Shown one piece after another: positions 23,942 through 36,844 of a stretch of DNA of 64,000 nt. Position 1 is the first letter of the stretch; each line of letters begins with the position of its first letter. The notes below the pieces were generated by a model that had not been told where the DNA came from, did not search any database, and saw nothing but the letters and a program-made list of their open reading frames with translations. Location of the stretch: the NCBI RefSeq assembly GCF_963921235.1, contig NC_086097.1:88166001-88230000 (forward strand), given 5' to 3'. The stretch comes from Mobula hypostoma (lineage: Eukaryota). A program made the position numbers and the translations under genes.

Positions 23942-24024
23942 GATACACACAAAATGCTGGTGGAACGCAGCAGGTCAGGCAGCATCTATAGGAAGAGGTA
24001 CAAACGACACTTCGGGCCGAGATG
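23942..24024 (-). mobile_element. Very short Penelope-derived insert within a CR1 remnant (~23700-24110)
   Basis: TSD gtgaagaaga at 23932-23941 and 24025-24034. Body acacaaaatgctggtggaacgcagcaggtcaggcagcatc is truncated inside the hammerhead motif. Confidence 0.6.
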
Positions 24025-24468
24025 TGAAGAAGAACTTTAGGCAAGAAGTACTTGGAACCCAGAATATATTGTCTGTAGGAATCTTGGAAACTAAACCAGT
24101 CGGTAGCTCTGGAGGAGAACTGGATAGGCATGGGATGGAATACCTTTTTGGTATTTGGGGAGAGAACCTGGGGATTTGTACTGATATGATTTCATGACTT
24201 AAGGTCAATTTAAACTTTGGTCTTTACAGCTTCCTTCTGTGCCATGGTAGCTCTATGACTGCAACTCTTTGATGAGTAGTAAGAGCTTCTGTTGCTGACA
24301 TATGATTGTAGATTAGTAGGTCAAGAACTTGTACCTAAGGGACTGCAGTACAAATTAACTGTGCACCAGTCTTTAATTCTTGCAGACATTGTGTTCTGAA
24401 AAGCATATGCTAAGCTGCTACGTGGAACTAATGGTCTCCTGCACATTTAGTTCACCATCATTGACTAT

Positions 24469-26673
24469 GGCAAGCACTGAAATTGCACCCCTGTCCAAAC
24501 ATCTGACACCCATCTTTTAGATAACTTTACCATAATATCAGTTCAAAAATACAAGTCAAGCTTGTTAATCTTTTAATTAACAAATTATGGCACCACATGA
24601 AAATTATAACTGCTCCTTCCTTGCTTTCACTGATGCAAATTGGACTATGATGTGATCAAAGTCAGGTTTTTTTGTTTCTTCTCTCTCTACACTCAGCAGA
24701 GCAAGATCACAGAGTCTGCCCTGACCCATGGAGGCTCGCAAATATGAAAGTGTTAGTTTTAACTTGCTGAATGATCTCTCACAGCTGGCGATGGAAGCAG
24801 TGATCGTTAGCATGACCTGAATAGCAATGCAAAGATTGGGGAAGACGCTGTCATCTCCATACTGAACAACAAATTCAAGAAGCTCTTCATGTCTTGATAT
24901 TTTCATGTTGACCCACCTTGACAGCAGCATTCTGCAATCCAAAATTTCTTCATATAGTTGCTGTCCGTCAACATCAGAGCTGTACAATTTACCCAAATTT
25001 TTGCACTTCTTCTTTTGGTCTTTACTGTTGGTGCCATAACACAGTCCCATCTGTAGACAATCTTGTAGCTCCATTTCATCCTTCTCTAGCTGTTTCAAGA
25101 TGTCTTCAACCAAGCTGTCAGCATCCTTCTGGCTTATCTGGATAAAACCAGCGAAGGACTCTCTAACACGGACTGTTTTCCTCTCAAAATCAACTTCCAC
25201 ATACCTCGCTACTTCTGATACCTGCTCACAGTGTGCCTGATCAGGAGCCGAGTCGAACATGAGACCATAATACTTGGCTTTACGAATGCTTCTCAGTAAA
25301 CTGTGGCGAATAGTGGATGCCATCATGTGAATGAATTCGTTCTGGACACCTGGTGAAAGATAGGACGTGGATCCAGGATGACTTCAAATAAGTGAGGTGT
25401 TCTTTTATGACAGGGTCAAAGATGGCCAGTAGTTTCAGTAAGCCAAGGAATTTTCCCACATTGGAGTCATCGTCTAGTTGAGGTAACTCCCTGTGTCCTC
25501 GCAAAGCAAGGTTCTGAGTCACAAGGAATTTTATGCAGTGAAGGATTCTCGTCAAGATATCACACCACTTCTGCTTTTCCTTCTCAATCTGTGACTGAAA
25601 TACCGCGTCAATAACTCCTCTGTTTCCAGCTAAATTTCTTTCCATTTCTTTCCACTGTGTGAAGCATTCCCGATGATTCTTGGCATTTTCATGAACACTA
25701 ATCCTTTCAGGTGCTTTCCACTGGTTGAATCCACTTTCCTGCTCCAGTGAGAATTGATGGTCTGACTGGGAATAGAGAAGATAACAGATTCAAAATGCAG
25801 ACTTTTTAGAAGGAGAATAGACCAGCCATGAGTGAGTCACTTCTTCACCACGACCATTTCCCAATTTCCTCTTGAACCAAGTTTTGTTCATTGAGCGGTT
25901 ATTTGTTGGTAGGAAAGGCCCCTCACTCTTCTGGAAATACTTTGAACCCAGCTTTATTATTTCTGTTCTCAACACGTCAGGCAGAATTGCTTTTCCAGTA
26001 TCCTTGTCGGACTTCAGAAGTCCAGTGTCATGCTGTTCAATCACTTCTGGTATGACAGTTCGAGGCTCTTTGACACCATCTGGTTCACTAGGTTCAGTGT
26101 CGTCAGGTTCAATCTCATCAGGTAAAATCTCGTCAATAAACTCAACATCACCACCACCACCATCGTCTTCCCCTCCTGTCATGTCCACATTCTCTGTGGC
26201 AGCCTTACTCTTAATCCAACAGGCTTGGATTTATCTGACTTGACTTCCTCCTCGGCTTGTGATGCATCTATACTTGATCCACCTTTGGATTCTAACAAAC
26301 TTGTAGCAGGTGCAGGCGACTCCATGGAACATGTCAAACTACTTGTTTCGGGCTTTTCAAAGAAGGGCCTGAAGAACTTGCTCGACTTCTTGGCTTCCTC
26401 CGCCTCCAACTTTCGTCTTTTCCATCCTTCAGCTCCACTTTTCTTCTTCGTGAAGAAACGTTTCATGGTCTTCTTACACAATGCTCTGAAATAAGGCCAT
26501 TCTAGTGCTTCTCACGCATGATAATCAAAGACAAATCATACATCTGAAGAAAATTCTTTTTTCACTATCCGGGGATGACTTGTCTGACTTTAACAGAAAC
26601 TGCTCAGTGGCGCCCCCCTTCAATTGGCGCCCTGGGCATGTGCCATACCTGCCATACCTTAGATACGCCACTG
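24469..26673 (-). mobile_element. hAT DNA transposon (TTF zinc finger / DUF4371 / hAT dimerisation, ZMYM1-like), frameshifted and internally deleted
   Basis: ORF pieces 26481-26179, 26188-25790 (SWLVYSPSKKSAF), 25645-25280 (LALRGH) and 25326-24604 (YYGLMFDSAPDQAHCEQ..FPNL..ASCERSFSKLKL..RL..LALLSVE). One terminus cagtggcgtatcta lies at 26673 on the minus strand; the other terminus is not seen. Confidence 0.85.
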
Positions 26674-27079
26674 GCTAGACTGCTCTTTGCATATGTGAGC
26701 CATCAAACTATGCCAGATGATAATCCCATGGCGTTTTGAAGTTAAACCTCAGAAATGTTGTTTCAGATTGTGGTTTTCTTCATGATGCGTTATAACATGA
26801 AGCCACAGCTGGATAATCACTTTGAGCAGAGAGAGGGCTGAATATCAAAGAAGGTGGGGTGGCTCCATTGGATGGTTGAAGCCAAAATTCTACACCAGGT
26901 CAGTGCAAAGTTTTCCAGTTGACCAGCCCTTGTTCTCTCACGTTAACAGAAAGGCCAAACATCAGTCTCATCCCTAAGGTGCATTTGTCCTGGGTCAATC
27001 TGTAAAATTTCAACTTCAATTGGGAATAATTCTAACCTGATGAGTTCCATAAAGGTTGTAATTCCCAATATATGAACAT

Positions 27080-27820
27080 GCAGCATAGAACATTTAAAGC
27101 AGTACAGCACAATATGGGCCCTTCAGCCTGTGATGTTGTGACAATGTTTTAACTTGCTCTAATATCAACCTTTCCCTTACACATAGCCATCAATTTTTCT
27201 TTCATATATGTGCATATCTAGGAGTCTCTTAAATGTCCTTAATTTATCTGCCTCTATCACTGCACTGCCAGTGAAGGAGGTAGAGCCAGGTACAATAGGG
27301 TATTTTAAGAGACTCTTAGATAGTAGATGGAGCTTACAAAAATAGAGGGCTAGGCAGTAGGGAAATTCTAGGCAGTTTCTGGAGTAGGTTACATGGTCAG
27401 CACAACATTATGGGCCAAAGGGCCTGTAATGTGCTGTAGATTTCTAAATTTTTATGTCTATGTTATGACTGCATGTACCATGCCCTCACCACTCTGTGTG
27501 TGTGTGTGTGTGTGGGGGGGGGGGGAAGGGGGGACCTATCTCTGACATCCCCCTTAATACTTTCCTCCAGTCACCTTAAAATTATGCCCTGTTGTATTAG
27601 CCAATTCCAACCTGGGAAAAGTTTTTGGCTGTTCACTCTATCATGCCTCTTATTCATCTTGTACAACTTAATGAAGTCACCTCACCTTCTTTCACTCCAA
27701 GGAGAAAAGGCCTAGCTCACTCAACCCAATCCCCTGATCCTCTGAGGAGATGCTCTTTGACCCAGGCAGCATCCTGCTCTGAAGTTTCCACATTCTTTCT
27801 GTATTGAGGAGACCCACAAA
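27080..27820 (-). mobile_element. CR1 3' fragment with a nested opposite-strand CR1 3' end (~27268-27465) and a (TG)n/G tract (~27495-27525)
   Basis: Reverse CR1 tail (atagaacatttaaagcagtacagcac..) interrupted by a forward ttttaagagactcttagatag..gggcctgtaatgtgctgtag segment. Confidence 0.6.
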
Positions 27821-27829
27821 ATATTCCAC

Positions 27830-28880
27830 AATTTTCAGAAGGCATTTGATAAGGTGACACACATGAGGCTGCTTAACAAGATAAGATCCAATGGCATTAC
27901 ATGAAAGATACTGGTATGGATAGAGGAATGACTGACAGGCAGGAGGCAGTGAGTGGGAATAAAGGGGGCCTTTTCCGGTTAGTTGCCAGTGATGTGGTGT
28001 TCCTCAGGGGTCAATATTAGGACTGCTACTTTTCACATTGTTTGTCACTGATTTGGATAATAGGACTGATAGCTTTGTGGCAAAGTTTGCAGATGATACA
28101 AAGATAGGTAAAGGTAGGTAGTGCTGAGGAAGCAATGCGATTGCAGCAGGACTCCGACAAATTGGAAGAATGGGCAAAAAAAGTGGCTGATGAAATACTG
28201 TATCGGGAAATGTATGATCATGCATTTTGGTAAAAGGAACAATAGTGTAGACTATTAGCTAAATGGGGAGAACGTTCAGACATCAGGGGTGTAGAACGTC
28301 TTAGGAGTCCTCGTGCAGGACTCCTAGAAGGTTAATTTACAGATTGAGTCTGTGGTAAAGAAGGAAAATGCAATGTTGGCATTTGGAGGGAGTCCAGAGG
28401 AAGTTCATGAGGATTATTCTAGAAACGAATGGGTTAACATATGAGGCGCGTTTGGCAGCTTTGGGCCTGTACTTGCTCGTATTTAGAAGAATGCTGGGGG
28501 ATCTCTTTGAAACCTACCGAACGTTGAAAGGACTAGATAGAGTGGATGTGGAGAGGATGTTTTCTATGTTGGGGGTATACAGAACTAAAGGGCACACCCT
28601 CAAAATTGAGGGGGAACCTTTTAGAACAGAGATAAGGAGGATTTTTTTTTGCCAGAGAGTAGCGAATCCGTGGAATGCTCTGCCATAGACTGTGGTGGAG
28701 GCCAAGTCCATAGATATATTTATGGTGGAAGTTAATAGTTTCTTGATTGCTCAGGGCATCAAAGGATATGGCAAGAATGCAGGTGTAAGGCATTGAGTTA
28801 GAGTCCAGAATCAACCATGATGAATGGCAGAGCAGACGTGATGGGCTGAATGGCCTAATTCTGCTCTCATGTCTTATGGT
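27830..28880 (+). mobile_element. CR1 LINE RT and 3' end with internal deletions
   Basis: FQKAFDKV, PQGSILGLLLF, KFADDTK and LEGVQRKFMRII..LGLYLLVFRRMLGDL. Confidence 0.85.
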
Positions 28881-28884
28881 CATA

Positions 28885-30470
28885 TGATTTAAGTGTGATC
28901 TAACCAGAGTTTTATAGAGTTGCAGAGTTACTTTGCAGTTATTGCACTCAATCCCCCAACCAATGAAGATCAACGCAATATAACTACCCTATCAACATGT
29001 GTGTCACCTTTGAGGGATCTGTGGACATGGACCCCAAGACCCCTCTGTTCCTTCACACTGCTAAGAATCTTGCCATTCACTGTGGACTCCACCTCCAGTC
29101 TTCCAAATTGCCGTTTCTCAGCCCATCTCTGCACCCTCTATCCTGTTGTAACCTATGACAACCTTTCACATTATCCACAACACCTTAAACCTTCATGTCA
29201 TGTCCAAACTTACTAAGTCAGCCCTCTACTTCCTCATGCAAATCATTTATAAAAATCAGAAAGAGCAGGAATCCCAGAACAGATCCCTGCAGAACGCTGG
29301 TAGTTACTGGCCTCCAGGCAGAACCTGCTCCATCTACTTTCATCTTCTGCCTTCTGTGGGCAAGTCACTTCAAATCCATGTAGTCAAGTCCCGAAGAATC
29401 CAAAGCCACATGACTTTCTGGATGAGCTTCCCATGGTGAATCTTGTTAAACATCTTATCAAAGGCTATATATTTTGGATTTCTATATACCGAAACTCTAC
29501 CTTTATCAGTTTGTTTTGTCACCTCCTTAAAAAACTCAATTTGGTCTGTGAGGCATGATCTGCTTTTCACAAAGCAACACTACCCCTAACAACACTACTC
29601 CAAGTGTTTGTAAGTTACTGGCATCAAATTCCTAGGATCATCCCTATTACCCTTCTTGAATAAAGATGCAACATTTGCCATCTCCAAGCCTCAGGTACCA
29701 CTCATGTGGCCAGGGAAGACACAAAGATCATTGTCAATGCTCCAGCAATTGCTTCCCTCACTTCCTGCAGTAACTTGGGATATATCTCCTCTGGTTCCAA
29801 GTATGATTTCTTCTTCCTCTTGACAGAAAGATCCACTTCTTTTGTCATTCATGGTTCCTTCACCCTACCATCTTTTCCTTGTCTCAGTAGGTCAGACCTA
29901 TTCAGAAACCCATGCAAGTGCTCCCTAAACACCCCTCACATTTCGGTTATGTATTTCCCTGAGAACATCTGTTCCCAGTTTACACTTCCAAGTTCCTAAC
30001 TCTTTCCATAGTTATTAATTCAACCCCAGTTAAATACTTGCCCACATCAGCTGCTCTTATTCTTGTTCATGGCTATGCTAAAGGACAGGGAGTTGTGGTC
30101 ACTATTCCCTAGAATAATCACCCAAGAAGAGGTCCGTGGCCTGACTAGGTTCAGTGTCTAGTACCAAATTCATACAGACACACCTAACAAATCTGCCCCA
30201 CCTTAACTTCTGGCACTAAGGATATTGAAATCTTTAATAATGGAAATTGAAGTCAACCGTGACAACAACCCTGTCATATTTGCACCTTTATAAAATTTGC
30301 CTACTTAACTGCTCCTCAGTGCCCCAGTGGCTATTGGGGATCCTATAGAACACTTCTAATAAAGTGATTGTTCCCTTCCTGTTTCTGATTTCAACCCACA
30401 CTGATTCAGTAGAAAATCTCTCCATGATGTCCTCTCTTTCTGTAGCTGGGATACTACCTCTGATTAGCAA
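28885..30470 (-). mobile_element. Decayed CR1 LINE (endonuclease to RT)
   Basis: ESVWVEIRNRKGTITLLEVFYRIPN (30288-30470) and SCLTDQIEFFKEVTKQTDKG..AFDK..HGKLIQKV (29370-29570). Confidence 0.8.
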
Positions 30471-30479
30471 TTGTGACAG

Positions 30480-31220
30480 CTCTTTAAATTACTTACGTGT
30501 TTTCTTAATTTTTTTCTGGTTGTTGAGAAGCTGTTAAATTTGCACCATAAATACAATAAATGCTCGGGCATTTTTCATAACTTTCACATTAAGGGCCCTG
30601 TAAATGTAATTGGTAATCCTCATGCCACTTGCTTAGGAACAAATCAATCAAACTCGGGTATTTTTGTGGGTTGGAATTTTTTTAACAAGATTTATTGTAC
30701 ATTTAATACATTTAATTTAAAATCTTTTCTCAGTCCAATTTTCAACAAAATTAAGAGTAGGAGTTAACATTTGTGAACATTGATCTTTCATCAGAAGAGG
30801 AAATTACAGGCAGGGAAAAGAAAGAATAAAGCAAGGAATTGCTCTTTCCTTTTATTTTTTTTCCTGTTTCTGTCTTTTACTTTCATTATTCTTTCTTCTG
30901 TCTTTGATCAAGGCAATTGGCCATTGATTCCAGTTAAGTGTGATATCTCTGAAACAGTGTCCATGCAATTTATGGATGGATTTAGGTGATTTCTATATTT
31001 TTAAGTATTAATTGTAAGCTTTTGAAAATCTTTCTCAACTCAGATGTCACCTCATTCACCTCTTCTGAATTCCCCTGTTTTACCCATTTCAGACTCAGCT
31101 CCAGAAAGTCCCTTACCTTTCTAATGTATATGAAGAATACTTTATTCTTTACTGGTAAGAAATACCTGCGGTTATATTTGCAGGGTGCAGGTGCTTCACA
31201 ACAAAGGTTGATGCTAGCCT
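30480..31220 (-). mobile_element. Possible highly decayed L1 fragment (ORF1 end / ORF2 start)
   Basis: Weak resemblance only (HLHPANI-type ORF1 end; LNNQKKIKK similar to LNNPIKRKK). Confidence 0.25.
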
Positions 31221-31449
31221 ACCAGAATTGTTCTTGTACGTACATGACAATATTAAGTCATATAATTGCATAACTGACTTGTGTGCTGCACGCATGCCCC
31301 AGATCCAACTCTGCATTTAAATGCACTATTATCTCTCACAGCTTTCCATTCCAACCGCTGAGCAGAAATTCTCCCACCTCTCTGTGACCCTTGACTTGTA
31401 TACCAACAAAAGCAGCAAGTGACAAAACTGGGCTGAAACTTCTGTGTTT

Positions 31450-31645
31450 CAGTCTTATTCCCCTCTGCTCACCACCTTATTCTGGGTTCTTTCCCCTTCC
31501 TTTCCGGTCCTGATGAAGGGGCTCAACCCGAAACATCGATTCTTTATTCCTTTCCATTGATGTTGCCTGACCTGCTGAGTTCCTCCAGCATATTTTGAGT
31601 TACTCTGGATTTCCAACATCTGCAGAAAGCCTTGTGTTTATAAAG
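31450..31645 (+). mobile_element. Penelope-derived 3' fragment
   Basis: ccccttcctttccggtcctgatgaagggg..gatgttgcctgacctgctgagttcctccagc. Confidence 0.7.
31506..31541 (+). ncRNA. Minimal type-I hammerhead ribozyme motif (core intact, stem III mutated)
   Basis: GGUC-CUGAUGA-A-GGG(GCUCAA)CCC-GAAAC-AUC-GAUU. Confidence 0.5.
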
Positions 31646-32584
31646 CATTTTGTGTAATTTGCCCAATCACGCGATTAGGTGAAAGATTTTCAAACACTGT
31701 GTAAAACCCCAATTAACAATTGTGGTTCTTATAAATGTCCAGGGAAGTCATCTCCACCTCGTTGGCTCTCAATTCTGCAGTAAGTTGTACCTCATTGGCT
31801 GTTGGGGGTTTCGGAATGGCATAATATTATGCAAGGTATTATACTGCAAGTGCTTTTTTATTTAAAATGCTTACAGTGTATTCAGGATGTCTTAAAAGTC
31901 AAAATAAAACAAGTTCATAAAATTGTAATGATATGAAGTTATGCAATTTATAAACAGCAGGATGAAATGTTACTCTTCCACTATAGATATGGCTCTGGTT
32001 ATGTGCTAAATGATAAAAGATGCATTACTTGCTTGATATGAACATTGCCATGGGAGAGAAACCAGTGCATGTAGATATTTAATAAATTGGAGTGATTTCA
32101 AGTTTGTAATCTCATTTGAATTCAGATGACTGTTATAGACTCATTCAAATTAAAATGTCATCTAAGTCCCTGGATTCAATAATTCCTTTATAATAACTGT
32201 CAGTTATTCATTACAACCTAATCGTCTACCTTATGACTTCTTATGAATTTTTGAAAGAGTTCACCCACAAGATGCAGGGTATAAATTATGTTCCTACTCA
32301 AAGCATACTGCATAATGGAAAATTCGAACTGATAAATTGTATTTCACAAACAAATTTTTACTTTGGCTAAATGGGTACAGATTTACAAATTGGCAAAGTT
32401 TTTTATAAAACCATTCTGTAATATCAAGTTGTAATGTTCTTTGAGAACTATTTTTTAATTGTTAACTTGAAACATGTTGACAGGATGCAGAAACTCAAAA
32501 GCTTTCTCAATGGTGGCAGCTATGCTAAAATGGAAGTCACACCTACAATTTAAAAATGAAAGCTGTGAAAGGAACATCAGATAC

Positions 32585-32945
32585 AGAATAAAATAGAAAC
32601 ATAGAAAACCTACAGCAGAATACAGGCCCTTTGGCCCATGATGCTGTGCCAAACATGTACTTTAGAAATTACCTAGGGTTACCCATAGCCCTGTATACTT
32701 CTAAGCTCCTTGTACCTATCCAGGAGTCTCTTAAAAGACCGTAATGTATCCACCACCGTCACTGGCAGCCCATTCCACGCACTCACCACTCTCTGCGTAA
32801 TTAAAAATAAAACTTACCCCTGACATCTCCTCCTACTTCCAAGCACCTTAAAACTGTGCCCACTCGTGCTAGCCATTTCAGCCCTGGGAGAAAACCTCTG
32901 ACTATCTACACGATCAATGCCTCTCATCATCTTATACATCTATAT
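32585..32945 (-). mobile_element. CR1 3' end
   Basis: Reverse complement of the same subfamily as 39090-39447. Confidence 0.8.
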
Positions 32946-32959
32946 GCAAAAATGCAAAT

Positions 32960-33472
32960 ATAGAACATAGAATAGTACAGCACAGTACAGGCCCTTTGGC
33001 CCACAATGTTGTGCCGACCCTTAAACTCTGCCTCCCATATAACCTCCCACCTTAAATTCCTCCATACACCTGTCTAGTAGTCTCTTAAATTTCACTAGTG
33101 TATCTGCCTCCACCACTGACTCAGGGAGTACATTCCACACACCAACCACTCTCTAAGTAAAAAACCTTCCTCTAATATCCCCCTTGAATTTCCCACCCCT
33201 TACCTTAAAGCCATGTCCTCTTGTATTGAGCAGTGGTACCCTGGGGAAGAGGTGCTGGCTGTCCACTCTATTTATTCCTCTTAATATCTTATACACCTCT
33301 ATCATGTCTCCTCTCATCCTCCTTCTCTCCAAAGAGTAAAGCCCTAGCTCCCTTAATCTCTGATCTTAATGCATACTCTCTAAACCAGGCAGCATCCTGG
33401 TAAATCTCTTCTGAATCCTTTCCAATGCTTCCACATCCTTCCTATAGTGAGGCGACCAGAACTGGACACAGA
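32960..33472 (-). mobile_element. CR1 3' fragment (second subfamily)
   Basis: CVQFWSPHYRKDVEALERIQKRFTRMLPGLE plus 3'UTR. Confidence 0.85.
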
Positions 33473-34159
33473 TATATATTACAGAAATGTCTGGAAGTCC
33501 TACTAGCCTATTTATCCTATGCCTCTCAATTGCTGAACCTTCTCTACCTAATCCAGTGATTTCCTTGGAATCACAGGCCAATTTAAGGGTACAGGGTGAA
33601 ATCTTAGAAATTTCTTTGATTAAGGAGCATCAAAGATCCAAAATATTAACTGTTTCTTTCTCCACAGGTGCTGCCTGACGTGCTGGGTGTTTCCAGCATT
33701 TGCAGTCTTTTACTTTTCAAATCTTTTAAACTCAGTCAGAAGTATGTTCTGCCTCAGTGGTTTTACTGAGAGATTTTTAAATTTACCCTGCTCTGCAGTT
33801 CAACCTTTTCTGTATCCTTGGCCTTGCCCTCGCTCTTGGCACTTTTGACTGGGATTCACAAATGACATTTTCTTTAAATTACATATCCTTTAATATCCTT
33901 TATTTGAGAAACTTTTTATTTTGACAGTGTCAAAGTTTCAGGTCATTGACCTGAAATATTTATTCTGTCTCTCTGTATTTGCTGCCTCGCATGCCCAGAT
34001 TTTCTGACATTTTCTAATTTTGTTTTTGACTTCCAGTATCTGCAAATGTTTACTTTAATTCATTTTATTTTTAAAAGTCTGATTCATAGCAGTTCCCACA
34101 CATTGCTGCTTCTCCAGTTTTTGTTTTTCTCTCCCACTCCTGACTCTTTTTTTCCAAAA

Positions 34160-35310
34160 AGTCAAAGTTCAAAGTAAATTTCATTATCAAAGTACCTATA
34201 CATCTCCATATACAACCCTGAGATCCATTTTCTTGTGGGCATACTCAACAAACTTATAGAATAATAACTATAACAGAATCAATGAAAGACTTCCCAACTA
34301 GGTTGTTCAACCAATGTGCAGAAGGCAACAAACTGGGCAAATGCAAAAAGAAGAAACAATAGTATAAATCAACAATAAATATCGAAAACATGAGGTGAAG
34401 ATTCCTTGAAAGTGAGTCCATTGGTTGTGGGAACATTTAAATCACGGGGCATGAGAAGTTGAATGAAGTATCCCCTTTGGTTCAAGAGCCTGTTGGTTGA
34501 GGGGTAATAACTGTTACTGAACCTGAGTCCTGAGTCTCTTGTACCACCTTCCTGATGGCAGCAGTGAGAAGAGAGCATGTCCTGGATGGTGGGGTGCATA
34601 ATGATGTATGCTGCTTTCCTATGACAACATTTCATTTAGATGTGCTCAATGCTTTGGAGGGTTTACCCGTGATGAACTGGGCTTTATCCACTACTTTTTG
34701 TAGGATTTTCCGTTCAAGGGCGTTGCCATTTCTGTACCAGGCTATGGCACTGCTAATCAATATACTCTGCACTGCACATCTATAGCAGTTTCTCAAAGTT
34801 TTAGATATCATGCCATATTTCTGCAAACTTCTAAGGAAGTAGAGGTGCTGCTATGCTTTCTTCATAATTGCATTTACATGCTGGGCCCAGGGACAGGTTC
34901 TCTGAAATAGAAATACCTAGGATTTTAAAGTTGCTAACCCTCTCTGCCTCTGATCCCCTGATGAGGACTGGCTCATGGACCTCTGGTTTCCTTCTCCTGA
35001 AGTCTATAACCAGTTCCTTTGTCTTGCTGACATTGAATGTGAGGTTGTTTGGACACCACTCAGTTAGATTTTCAATCTATCTCCTATATGCTGATTCATT
35101 TCCACCTTTGATTTGGCCTATGACGGTGGTGTCGTCAGCAAACTTGAATATGGCTTTGAGGTTGTGCTTAGCCACACAGTCATAAATGTAAAGTGAGTAG
35201 AGTAGGGTCCTAAGCATACAGCCTTGTGGTGCACCTGTGTTGATGGAAATCATGGCGATGATGTTGTTACCAATCCGATCTGACTGGGGCCAGCAAATGA
35301 GGAAACAAAG
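34160..35310 (-). mobile_element. Rex1/Babar-type LINE, RT and 3' end
   Basis: GAPQGCMLRTLLYSLY..FKFADDTTVIGQI, YRCAVQSILISSAIAWY and RFSNSYYPSTNRLLNQ. Confidence 0.8.
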
Positions 35311-35466
35311 GATTTCTTCTTGCATTTCCATATTACAAGGAAAGAGGTGATTTGATCCATGAATGAGACTCATGAAAATGTGACAGAGACTCCCAGTTGG
35401 GCATGTTCTCTCCCAGCTGCTTCCTATTCTAACATAAATTTTCCCTGTAAGCTATATCCCTTGCGC

Positions 35467-36698
35467 CTAATGGCCACTTTATTAGATTTACCTGTACACC
35501 TTCTCATTAATGCAGATATTGAATGTGGCAGCAATTCCATGCATAAATGTACGTAAACATGGTCAAGAAGTTCAATTGTTGTTCAGACTAAACGTCAGAA
35601 TGGAAAAGAAATGTGATTTAAGTGACTTTGACCGTGGAATGATTGTTTGTGCTAGACGGATACTTTGTGTATCTCAGAAACTGCTGATCTCTTGGGATTT
35701 TCATGCACAATAGTGTCTAGAGTTTATAGAGAATGGTATAATTAACAAAAACATCCAGTGAGCGGCAGATCAGCCGGCAAACGTGCCTTGCTAATGAACG
35801 AGGTTAGGGGGTAATGGCCAGACTGGTTCAAGCTGACAGTAGGGCGATAGTAACTCAAATAACCACGTGTTACAGCGGTGATGTGCAGAAGAGCATCTCT
35901 GAATGTAGAATATGTCAGTTGGGCTAACCCCTATTGACATCAATGGATCTGGGGTTGAGAGGGTAAACAGCTTTTAGTTCCTCGGCATCCACATCACCGA
36001 GGACCTCACGTGGTCTGCAAACACCAGCTGTGTGGTGAAAAAGGCACAACAGTGCCTCTTTCACCTCAGACAGTTGAGGAAGTTTGGTATGGCCCCCCAA
36101 ATTCTGAGAACTTTCTACAGGCGCACAATTGAGAGCATCCTGACTGACTGCATCACTGGCTGGTATGGGAACTGTACATCCCTTAATCACAGGACTTTGC
36201 AGAGAGTGGTGTGGACAGCCCAGCGCATCTGCAGTTGTGAACTTCCCATGATTCAGGACATCTACAAAGACAGGTATGAGAAAAGGGCCAGAAGGATCAT
36301 TGGGGACCTAAGTCACCCCAGCCACAATCTATTCCAGCTACTACCATCCGGGAAATTGTATTGCAGCATAAAAGCCAGGACCAACAGGCTCCGGGCCAGC
36401 TTCTTCCATCAGGCCATCAGATGGATCAACTCACGCTGATTTGAGTGTATTTCTATGTTACATTGACTGTTCTATTTATTATAAATTATAAACTACTATG
36501 ATTTCACGTTGTACATTTAGGAGGAGGTGTAACGTAAAGATTTTTACTCCTTGTCTATGTGAAGTATGTAAGAAATAACGTCAATTCAATTCAATTCTTG
36601 AAGTGGATCAGCTACAGCAGCAGAAGACCACAGATGTACGGATACATTCAGTGTCCATTTTATTAGATATGTGAGATACTTAAAGTGGCCACTGAGTG
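35467..36698 (+). mobile_element. Tc1-like element (deleted derivative) interrupted by a LINE
   Basis: Terminal repeats tggccactttatt and taaagtggccactgagtg|TA. HTH start MEKKCDLSDFDRGMIVCARR at ~35599. Confidence 0.75.
35920..36596 (+). mobile_element. Rex1/Babar-type LINE 3' fragment inside Tc1
   Basis: VKKAQQCLFHLRQLRKFGM..IESILTDCITGWYG..LLPSGK..RTNRLRASFF; tail (caatt)n. Confidence 0.85.
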
Positions 36699-36844
36699 TA
36701 CATTCCCAGTAATTCACTCCAGATTCAATCTTGCTTCCTACAAACTGGAGCCATTTACAGTGGTCAATCGAGATATTTATTTTCTTACTCATTCTTCTCA
36801 CTCTAGTACTTAAATCCAAGTTCTGGCAGTGAATTATTTGTGGA

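Noticed and set aside
24604..26481. Domesticated ZMYM1-like gene
   Set aside because: Several frameshifts, an internal deletion and a transposon terminus.
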